Shown: piece by piece, positions 15,981 to 22,203 of the stretch | How the letters are laid out: every line of letters starts with the position of its first letter | How positions within the stretch are numbered: the stretch's first letter is position 1 | From: a virus | Lineage: Duplodnaviria > Heunggongvirae > Uroviricota > Caudoviricetes | IMG/VR virus record: IMGVR_UViG_3300029922_000040 | DNA: 22,203 bases | Direction: 5' to 3' (one strand) | Made by a program: the position numbers and the translations under genes | The notes under the pieces: model-generated | The model's input: the letters and a program-made list of their open reading frames with translations, nothing else | What the model was told of the DNA's origin: nothing | Databases searched by the model: none

Positions 15981-17078
15981 GTGAATCCGAGAGTCCTATT
16001 CGTCCTAAAATTTCGCGAATCTTCTGGAGGTAGTTATAGCAATTGCTGGAGTCCGCAAGATGAGGCTACAGTGGGGGCTAAGAAAGAGCTATCCAGTGGC
16101 TTGCTAAATTCTGCCCGATTTATTGTTGATATGTTGGAGAGCATCCATATCGACGTACATCTGGTGCAGGTAATTGATAACAATGACATCGACCGTGAAG
16201 TGACAAACTACAACCCAACGCACGTTATTGTCGAGGCGCTTTGGGTTGTACCCAGCAAGTTCGAAGTCCTTCAACGTCTGCATCCCGATGTCCAGTGGAT
16301 CGTACGTAGTCACAGCGAACTTCCATTCCTAGCACAAGAAGGTGTGGCAATCAACTGGCTCACTAAGTACGTCCAATACACAAACGTTAAGTTTGCAGCC
16401 AACTCGGAGAACTCAGTCCGGGACATTAGAGCCATTGTAAAGGCTGCGAATCCAACTTGGTCACAAGCCAAGGTAGTTGAGAAGGTGCCCTATCTCCCCA
16501 ACTACTACCCTTATAACCTGAAGGTTCCGGCTGTTAAGAAGAAGCTTGAATCCACATTTGTTGACATAGCGTGCTTCGGTGCCATTCGGCCTTTGAAGAA
16601 TCAATTGATTCAAGCTGTGGCTGCTATCAAGTACGCCGATTTGGAAGGGAAGATACTGCGGTTTCATACCAATGCAACCCGAGTTGAAACGCAGGGTGAA
16701 AGTGTGCTGAGAAATCTTGAGGCACTGTTCGAAGCCACCCCGCATGAACTCATTAAGCACCCGTGGATGCCCCACGAGGAGTTCCTGAAGCTGTTGAAGC
16801 TGATGGATGTGGCAATGCAGGTATCTTTCTCTGAGACATTTAATATCGTGGCCGCTGATTGTGTGGTAACTGGGCTACCGATTGTGGTGTCACCCGAAAT
16901 TACATGGGCGACATCATGGTGTCAGGCAGAACCGACCAGTAGTGAGGATATTCTTCTCAAACTGTTAAAGGCCAACGACTGGCGATTGAAACTCGCCATG
17001 AAAGTGCTGAACCTCCGGGGATTACGTCATTTCTGTGAGGACAGCAAACGGTTATGGGTTTCCTACCTGACCGCTTAA
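15981..17078 (+). CDS. GT-B fold (GT4-like) glycosyltransferase (365 aa)
   Basis: GAGG RBS before GTG 15981. CFGAIRPLKNQ (R/K phosphate-binding loop), PWMPHEEF..L..MD and SFSETFNIVAADCVVTGLPIVVS (variant of the GT4 E-x7-E motif). Confidence 0.75.
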   Translation: MNPRVLFVLKFRESSGGSYSNCWSPQDEATVGAKKELSSGLLNSARFIVDMLESIHIDVHLVQVIDNNDIDREVTNYNPTHVIVEALWVVPSKFEVLQRLHPDVQWIVRSHSELPFLAQEGVAINWLTKYVQYTNVKFAANSENSVRDIRAIVKAANPTWSQAKVVEKVPYLPNYYPYNLKVPAVKKKLESTFVDIACFGAIRPLKNQLIQAVAAIKYADLEGKILRFHTNATRVETQGESVLRNLEALFEATPHELIKHPWMPHEEFLKLLKLMDVAMQVSFSETFNIVAADCVVTGLPIVVSPEITWATSWCQAEPTSSEDILLKLLKANDWRLKLAMKVLNLRGLRHFCEDSKRLWVSYLTA

Positions 17079-17100
17079 TTTATACCCCTTATTCATTCTC

Positions 17101-17155
17101 TGAGGGTGAGAAGCACTGCGGGATTGTCCCAGTTGCCTCGCCCTCAAATTTTTCT
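17101..17155 (+). terminator. Long stem-loop followed by a U-rich tract; probable intrinsic terminator or processing site
   Basis: TGAGGGTGAG 17101-10 pairs with CTCGCCCTCA 17137-46 (one G-U), with inner GCA/TGC, CT/AG and GGGA/TCCC pairs, followed by AATTTTTCTGTT. Confidence 0.6.
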
Positions 17156-17170
17156 GTTGTATTTTCTTGA

Positions 17171-17191
17171 ACTTTGGGTATTCTATAGTAG
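17171..17191 (+). promoter_or_regulatory. Candidate phage promoter motif ACTTT-N11-AGTAG (overlaps a possible TTGTAT-N16-TATTCT sigma70-like site)
   Basis: Intergenic, after the terminator hairpin and 31 nt before ATG 17223. Confidence 0.4.
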
Positions 17192-17222
17192 TGCCACTGC
17201 CGCTGTACAAAGGAGAAGAGTA

Positions 17223-17243
17223 ATGCGATTGTGTAATCACTAA
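17223..17243 (+). other. Six-codon upstream minigene MRLCNH*
   Basis: AGGAG 7 nt before the ATG; a second RBS (AAGGA) serves the ATG at 17265. Confidence 0.3.
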
Positions 17244-17264
17244 GTAAGGAAGGACACAACTCGA

Positions 17265-17951
17265 ATGCTCAACTCTATCTTTCACAAGGTACTGGTGTTC
17301 CTTCGTCTTCGCAAGAAGACTGAAGAAGGATTCACCCTTGCGTCTGAATGCCGCATGTTTTGGGATTTTCAGATTTTCAACATCGACGATCACAATCGTC
17401 GTTCCCGCCTCGTAGACCTCTACTACGTCTTCTACCGCTTCTTCAAATACTCTCCGTGGGGTAACCCGCGTGAGGCTTATTACGCCGTGAAGTGCTTCAT
17501 TCAGCGTGGCCGTCGCGGCTGGTCTGACCGTGACATCTGGAGTCTCGACCACTATCTCAGCAGTTGGATGCCTGATGCCCTTCGCAAGCTGAAGAAGGAC
17601 AAGCAGGGTGTGCCTAGCAGCGTCTTTGAGCCCGAGGACTGCATCTCTGAGGGGGATTGGCGGGGTAACCCCTCGGAAGAGGGCATGGAACGCGCCTCAG
17701 CCCGTTGGGACGCGATTATTGACAAGATGATTGCAGCCTTTGAGGCTGACCGTCACATCAACTCCGGACTCTACGAAGAGGAACTCGGTCCGTACCCCAT
17801 GGACAGGCCGTCCGGGGTATCTGCTGAGGCGTGGGAGAAGGTCAAGCACGACCGTTTCAAGGCATCTCAAGCCCTTGCAGACCGTGACCGTAAAATTTTC
17901 GAAGAGGGGATGCTGCTCTTTGTTCGCCACTATTCTTCATTGTGGGATTAG
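17265..17951 (+). CDS. Conserved phage hypothetical protein (228 aa)
   Basis: FIQRGRRGWSDRDIWSLDHYL..WDAIIDKMIAAFE..EEGMLLFVRHYSSLWD, a pattern I recognise from phage hypotheticals; AAGGA RBS. Confidence 0.75.
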   Translation: MLNSIFHKVLVFLRLRKKTEEGFTLASECRMFWDFQIFNIDDHNRRSRLVDLYYVFYRFFKYSPWGNPREAYYAVKCFIQRGRRGWSDRDIWSLDHYLSSWMPDALRKLKKDKQGVPSSVFEPEDCISEGDWRGNPSEEGMERASARWDAIIDKMIAAFEADRHINSGLYEEELGPYPMDRPSGVSAEAWEKVKHDRFKASQALADRDRKIFEEGMLLFVRHYSSLWD

Positions 17952-17966
17952 TCCCAAAGACTGAAC

Positions 17967-17995
17967 TACGTGGTTCCTTAGTAGGGAGCCACGTA
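17967..17995. terminator. 13-bp hairpin between convergent genes; carries an ACTAC-N10-AGTAG motif copy (17965-17984)
   Basis: TACGTGGTTCCTT pairs with AGGGAGCCACGTA (two G-U), loop AGT. There is no strong U-tract on either side. Confidence 0.45.
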
Positions 17996-18057
17996 CTTGA
18001 AGGTCACGGTTTTGATAACGTGTCATCCTTCCGAGGCCCGAGAGTAAAATGAAGACG

Positions 18058-18516
18058 CTAAGACCGGCGCTTCAAAGGCTTAACCATCGTGATACCAGCG
18101 GTGCCGTTGGAGTAATACTTCTGTGTGACTCCGACCACTCGATACCCCAGCTTGAAATATAAAACTTGAGCGGGGTTGTCCACTTGTACCTCAAGTCTCA
18201 TTTTCCTTACACCCAGCTTTTTAAGGGAGGTCTCTGCCTCCTCCATCAACAACTTACCGAATCCCTGTTGTTGACATGATGGGTCAACGCATAATGAAAC
18301 AACATGCCCGGTGGTTTCGTCTTTATCTATCTCAACAAGCACATACCCCACCACTTTGCTATCGTACACCCCGACCCAAACATGTGTGTTGACCGTCTCC
18401 AGAGAGGAGGTTAGGTCTTGCTTGCTCCAACGATATGGTCGGCTGAAGCAAGCGTTCTCTAGGTTATGGATACTGTCAATATCTTCTGGCTTGTATCCTT
18501 TGGTTATGGTCAGCAT
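18058..18516 (-). CDS. RimI-like GNAT acetyltransferase (152 aa)
   Basis: IHNLENACFSRPYRWS, VVGY, VVSLCVDPSCQQQGFGKLLM (motif A, Q/RxxGxG), LEVQVDNPAQVLYFKLGY (motif B), KYYSNG. Confidence 0.9.
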   Translation of the reverse strand: MLTITKGYKPEDIDSIHNLENACFSRPYRWSKQDLTSSLETVNTHVWVGVYDSKVVGYVLVEIDKDETTGHVVSLCVDPSCQQQGFGKLLMEEAETSLKKLGVRKMRLEVQVDNPAQVLYFKLGYRVVGVTQKYYSNGTAGITMVKPLKRRS

Positions 18517-20129
18517 TAGTAATGCCTCGCTTTCGATTTGGTGTTAACGTTTCGTTCCTTCACCCCGAACAGCGTGTCTCCAATGACGTTGCAGTTAATC
18601 TGAAGCGTAACACCACTTGTACGACTGACCACAAAGGACTGTAACGCACGACCTGAAGTAATGTAGCCATGCTTTGAATGGTAACGATCTAACCCTGACA
18701 AACTCTTCAGTTGGTAGTGGGTCAGTCCTCCAATCTCCCGAGCAATCTCGTGGTGTAGATGCCCTGAGAAGAAGTATTGAAACTCGCTGTGAGTGAACAA
18801 ATCCTTCGCCTCTTTTACCATAGCCGACATCATGTCTTTCGGGGCCACGCAATCCCCATGGCCGAAGCCAAGAAGGGAGTTACCGTACCCTACATACTGC
18901 CGCTTCTGTGGAGACTGAATAATTTCCACATCTTTGGCCCCCGTGTATTTGCCAAGCAAAAACATCATCATACTGATGGCGTTGTTGTAATCATGATTGC
19001 CGGGGACATTGAGGTATTTGATGGGAGCAAGCTGTCGAAGCATTTCGATGTGGTCGTAGGCCAATTGACACCCCTCCATCAAAATCTGTGAAGGTGTTCC
19101 ATCAGTGTCTTGTGGTGTACCACGTGTTGTGGTATTCCATTGATTGTCAATATGAAACCAGTCTGACCCAGAAGCCACTACGACCAATTCAGGACGACCC
19201 AGTTTGGCAACATACTTTGCCAACTCATTGGTTTTGTCCATAAGCAAATCACGTGCTTCAGAGCGGCTGTATCCTTGTCCGGTTTCATCCATCCAACCAT
19301 ACTTACCGAAGTGCAAGTCGAAAGGGGCTACCACAAGAGCGTAGGGCTCATCACTTTTTGGAAGAGTAAGCATTGGCGGTTTATAGTCTGACAGCGTTTG
19401 CTTAATCTGTTCGCTCAGAGGGAGTAAAACTGACTGCTCAAAATGGTTCCACTTCTTCGCATCGGTAATGGTTGCTTGCCAAACTTTTTTCTGATAGGAG
19501 TTGAATACCTTCAGACGAAGTTGTTGAACCGCGTCATCCGCCATATCATCCACATCACGAGTGATTAGCTCCTCGTTGGTGAAGGGCTCTTTATCATGGG
19601 TCCATCCATGCAGAGCCTTATACTCCATGAACCAATCGCGACGGAATTTAAACCGACGACAAATTTCATTGATGGTCTCGGACGCTCCATCCCAGTTAGA
19701 GTAGGCTTTCAACATCGCACGATGAATCTCTCCCGCAAGGATAACGCTTTTCCCACCAAGGGTGCGAGGAAGGGGGGTGATATATGTGTCCGTCTCCTTG
19801 TTGTAAACATAGTCCTTATCGTAGATAAGGTCTTGCTCCTCATCCGTGATGGTTTGAGAGGGGTTCTCTTCTACTTGTTGCGTTGTCGCCTTCAAACCCG
19901 CAGCCAGAACAAGACCGCCAAACTTAGGAAAATGCCACTCTACATCCTTTTCTCTAATAAGCTGCTTGTTCCTGTGATTACGATAGAATCCTCGGGTTAG
20001 TTCTTCTCCCTCAGGCAACAACTTAGCGACTCGCTGCGCGTCGGCTACTATGTCTTCTTTAGACGGTGGAGAAAGCGTTAATGGGGACTTCTCCGGGGGT
20101 GTTGCTGGCTTCTTCTTTTTAACGCTCAA
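18516..20129 (-). CDS. Phage calcineurin-like metallophosphoesterase with a long N-terminal extension (about 537 aa)
   Basis: APFDLHFGK, GSDWFHID, VPGNHD, FGHGD, SGHLHHE, SLSGLDRYH. A GGAGG RBS favours TTG 20129 over ATG 20147. TAATG coupling to the GNAT gene. Confidence 0.8.
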   Translation of the reverse strand: MSVKKKKPATPPEKSPLTLSPPSKEDIVADAQRVAKLLPEGEELTRGFYRNHRNKQLIREKDVEWHFPKFGGLVLAAGLKATTQQVEENPSQTITDEEQDLIYDKDYVYNKETDTYITPLPRTLGGKSVILAGEIHRAMLKAYSNWDGASETINEICRRFKFRRDWFMEYKALHGWTHDKEPFTNEELITRDVDDMADDAVQQLRLKVFNSYQKKVWQATITDAKKWNHFEQSVLLPLSEQIKQTLSDYKPPMLTLPKSDEPYALVVAPFDLHFGKYGWMDETGQGYSRSEARDLLMDKTNELAKYVAKLGRPELVVVASGSDWFHIDNQWNTTTRGTPQDTDGTPSQILMEGCQLAYDHIEMLRQLAPIKYLNVPGNHDYNNAISMMMFLLGKYTGAKDVEIIQSPQKRQYVGYGNSLLGFGHGDCVAPKDMMSAMVKEAKDLFTHSEFQYFFSGHLHHEIAREIGGLTHYQLKSLSGLDRYHSKHGYITSGRALQSFVVSRTSGVTLQINCNVIGDTLFGVKERNVNTKSKARHY

Positions 20130-20178
20130 GCGGTCTCCTCCAACCATGCGCGTACAATGGTAATCAGTGTGCGCGGTT

Positions 20179-20198
20179 CTATAAGTAAGTCCAGTAGT
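20179..20198 (-). promoter_or_regulatory. Candidate phage promoter motif ACTAC-N10-TATAG on the minus strand
   Basis: The reverse complement reads ACTAC tggacttact TATAG and points into the only minus-strand operon. Confidence 0.5.
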
Positions 20199-20251
20199 AT
20201 CAAATGTAATGCATGGACTGAGTTAGTAATACTAGGAAATCGGAATTTTCC

Positions 20252-20272
20252 ACATTTGAGATTCATCTATAG
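20252..20272 (+). promoter_or_regulatory. Variant motif ACATT-N11-TATAG
   Basis: Intergenic, 30 nt before ATG 20303. Confidence 0.35.
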
Positions 20273-20302
20273 GATAAGAATAGCTAAACACCAAGGGGCT
20301 AT

Positions 20303-20842
20303 ATGAATTTTGAATCCAAGTTTCTTCGCATAGCTGAAAAATTGTCTCAGCGGCACTCCACTGAGTACCGAGGCATTCCCATTGTAATCGAATGGCCAAA
20401 AAATTCAGTACGTACAGGCAAGGATGAACAGGGCAAGCCTTGGAAGAGGACCATGCAATGCGATTATGGCTACGTCTCCGACGTTAACGGCAGGGACGGG
20501 GAGGGTCTGGATGTTTATATTGGCGAAGATGAGGCGTCGGACAAGGTGTTTGTGATAGAGCAGTTGGATGCAAAGGGGAAGCTAGATGAGTACAAGATTA
20601 TGTTGGGTTTCCCGAATTTGGATTCAGCTTTAGAAATGTACCTCGCCCATTATCCAACCGGCTGGGATGACGACCGCGTGGGTGACATCTCTGAAGTCCC
20701 CTTCGATTATGCCTTCGACACGATTGAGGCGCATCAGGAAGAGCAGGGTAGGACGCCTAAAAACAGCAGTACCACTGTAAAAACTGCTGGTCTTACTTAT
20801 CTAAAAGCTCTTCAGTCGATGACTACCGTCTCCTTCAAGTAG
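20303..20842 (+). CDS. InPase (phage polyvalent-protein inorganic-pyrophosphatase-like) domain protein (179 aa)
   Basis: GIPIVIEWPK.SVR.G.D..GKPW...M..DYGY...G.DGEGLDVYIG...VFVIEQ...DEYKIMLGF...A..YLAHYPTGW. Confidence 0.8.
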   Translation: MNFESKFLRIAEKLSQRHSTEYRGIPIVIEWPKNSVRTGKDEQGKPWKRTMQCDYGYVSDVNGRDGEGLDVYIGEDEASDKVFVIEQLDAKGKLDEYKIMLGFPNLDSALEMYLAHYPTGWDDDRVGDISEVPFDYAFDTIEAHQEEQGRTPKNSSTTVKTAGLTYLKALQSMTTVSFK

Positions 20843-20869
20843 AGCCTCGGGCTCCGGGAGGCTGTGGAA

Positions 20870-21187
20870 ATGCTAAAATCCGACCGCCAGCTTAAGAGAT
20901 ACTATATCAAGTTCAACAAACTATACTTTGGTGGAGAACTACCTGACGCTGTGGTTTGGTGGGAGCCATTAGGGGGAGCCACCTTCGGTGACTGTTTATA
21001 TCTGGAAGAAGAAAAGATATGGAGAATCCGAATCAACCCTTTCGTTGGGGGGTGGAGAGCTATCTCCAAAGTCACCTTAATCCACGAAATGATCCACATC
21101 AAGTGCGGTCACCGGCATGGTAAAGCTTTCGACATAGAACGCCAGAGGCTGTTGGGGTTCAAGGAAATACGGGATTTAGTCCTTTAG
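20870..21187 (+). CDS. SprT-like zinc metalloprotease (105 aa)
   Basis: FNKLYFGGELP..IRIN..TLIHEMIH..HGKAF (HExxH plus downstream HG.xF); GGAGG RBS before ATG 20870. Confidence 0.8.
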   Translation: MLKSDRQLKRYYIKFNKLYFGGELPDAVVWWEPLGGATFGDCLYLEEEKIWRIRINPFVGGWRAISKVTLIHEMIHIKCGHRHGKAFDIERQRLLGFKEIRDLVL

Positions 21188-21207
21188 ACTACCGCTTTCT
21201 TATATAG
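21188..21207 (+). promoter_or_regulatory. Candidate phage promoter motif ACTAC-N10-TATAG
   Basis: ACTAC cgctttctta TATAG fills the gap before ATG 21220. Confidence 0.5.
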
Positions 21208-21219
21208 GCAGGATTGCGG

Positions 21220-22203
21220 ATGCGGAACGAACTCCTTCAAAAAACAGATGCGGCACAAGTGACGGGCACTACTGCGTTCAAAACAGCCGCAAACCAAAAC
21301 TTTGAAGTTTTAAGTAAGATAGACGCTATCATCAATGAGATGATGACCGTACTAGCTCCGGGGCTCCCTAGACCCAAGATAAAAATAAACAACAGTCAAG
21401 GCAACACCCTCGGTCTATGTCATTGGCAATATGGTCTAAAAGAAGGGAAGCCTTTCTGGTGGGATAACACTGAGATTGAAATTCAAAAACGAGTAACGGG
21501 AGATGAACGTACACTTCGTAGGATTTTGGCTCATGAGTTGGCCCACTCAGAGGATTTCCTTGTTAATGAAGTTGCCGACCTGAAGAAGTACGGGTTTCAT
21601 ACATACAAAATGATGCGTGGTATTCATCGTGGTGACGGTGGTCACGGTCCTAAGTGGATGGCAATAGCTCAACGTTTTAATGCCAAGTACGGTGCCAATT
21701 TTGTTACAAAAACATCTGACCAAGACACAGTAACTGACGATACTAACCTCCGTCCTTTTTACGTTCTCATCTCTGCCGACAGCAGTGGAAGCACTTTGGG
21801 TTGGCAAATCTCGCTTCGCTTGAGCCCTAAGCAGAAAGAATACCTCGGCCAATGTGCTGATGGAAAGATGACTTATCCCAAGCGGTTGTTCATGAGCACT
21901 GACCCCATCCTAATGAAGTATGGGGCTCCTATGATTAAGTATCATGGTTCCTCCATGCCAAGAACGGACGAGCAGAAGTCCAGACTCAAGGAACTATGGG
22001 ATAGTGGTGAAGACATTTTGCAACAGTTCAAGCTTAAACCCCCGAGGATAGCGAAGCATAAAACTACGTCTAAAGTTGCCAGTCCTGACTTCAACTACAC
22101 AAAGTTCAATGATCGTGAAAAAGACTTGAAAAAACTCCGCATTCAGGAGCCGGACCACGGCATTCATTTGCTTGAGGCCGAAGCAATCGACCCCATCAAA
22201 AAA
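21220..22203 (+). CDS. Multi-domain protein with an N-terminal SprT-like metalloprotease; 3'-truncated and absent from the ORF track (more than 328 aa)
   Basis: My translation is open to the window end: MRNELLQKTDAAQ..AFKTAA..LPRPKIKINN..TLGLC..RRILAHELAHS..GHGPKWMAIAQRFN..SKVASPDF... Confidence 0.85.
   Translation, partial: MRNELLQKTDAAQVTGTTAFKTAANQNFEVLSKIDAIINEMMTVLAPGLPRPKIKINNSQGNTLGLCHWQYGLKEGKPFWWDNTEIEIQKRVTGDERTLRRILAHELAHSEDFLVNEVADLKKYGFHTYKMMRGIHRGDGGHGPKWMAIAQRFNAKYGANFVTKTSDQDTVTDDTNLRPFYVLISADSSGSTLGWQISLRLSPKQKEYLGQCADGKMTYPKRLFMSTDPILMKYGAPMIKYHGSSMPRTDEQKSRLKELWDSGEDILQQFKLKPPRIAKHKTTSKVASPDFNYTKFNDREKDLKKLRIQEPDHGIHLLEAEAIDPIKK

Noticed and set aside
17955-18035. HEARO/omegaRNA or IS200/IS605 end, suggested by AGACT..ACTACGT and hairpins
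   Set aside because: There is no adjacent IscB, TnpB or TnpA gene and too little sequence for the multi-stem RNA.
18049-18156. Short + strand ORF (MKTLRPALQRL...) downstream of the 17965 motif
   Set aside because: It is antisense to the GNAT gene, has no convincing RBS and has no recognisable features.
20149-20175. 8-bp hairpin immediately upstream of ATG 20147 as a translational repressor
   Set aside because: The likely true start is TTG 20129 with its own GGAGG outside the stem, and on the minus strand the G-U pair becomes a mismatch.
641-21852. Minus-strand and alternate-frame ORFs in the track (e.g. 2568-2924, 3472-3873, 8184-8705, 9494-9913, 9660-10211, 11921-12430, 17052-17552, 19596-20000, 21547-21852)
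   Set aside because: They are shadows of well-supported genes on the opposite strand or frame, with no RBS or recognisable motifs.
1-22203. Alternative genetic code (stop-codon reassignment, as in some large phages)
   Set aside because: TAG, TGA and TAA all terminate recognisable genes at their expected ends, and conserved domains are uninterrupted under code 11.
1-22203. CRISPR array, rRNA, integrase or transposase
   Set aside because: No regularly spaced direct repeats and no such sequence or protein motifs were seen.

Overview
This window looks like a segment of a large (jumbo-type) tailed dsDNA bacteriophage genome. It uses the standard genetic code, is densely coding, and lies almost entirely on the + strand. 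It opens in the 3' part of a terminase large subunit. Next come a sigma-factor-like gene with unusual extra DNA-binding modules, a 768-aa repeat protein and an LpxH/YbbF-like phosphoesterase. A long run of small accessory genes follows (PD-(D/E)XK nuclease, DUF4326, NADAR, conserved phage hypotheticals), then a SNF2-type helicase bracketed by two endonuclease VII-family genes, one of them internally deleted. After these are a protein with a histone H1-like tail, a GT-B glycosyltransferase and an inverted phosphoesterase-GNAT operon. The window ends with an InPase domain gene and two SprT-like metalloprotease genes; the last runs off the window and is absent from the ORF track. The most notable non-coding signal is a bipartite motif, ACTAY-N10/11-(T/A)(A/G)TAG, which recurs in front of genes and is a candidate phage-specific promoter, possibly read by the encoded sigma-like protein. 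Two unrelated proteins also share an N-terminal M-x-F-x-S-x-F-L-x-[VI]-A peptide, suggesting a virion-cargo targeting or processing signal. All family calls are by motif recognition and no searches were run. No tRNA, rRNA or CRISPR array was found.
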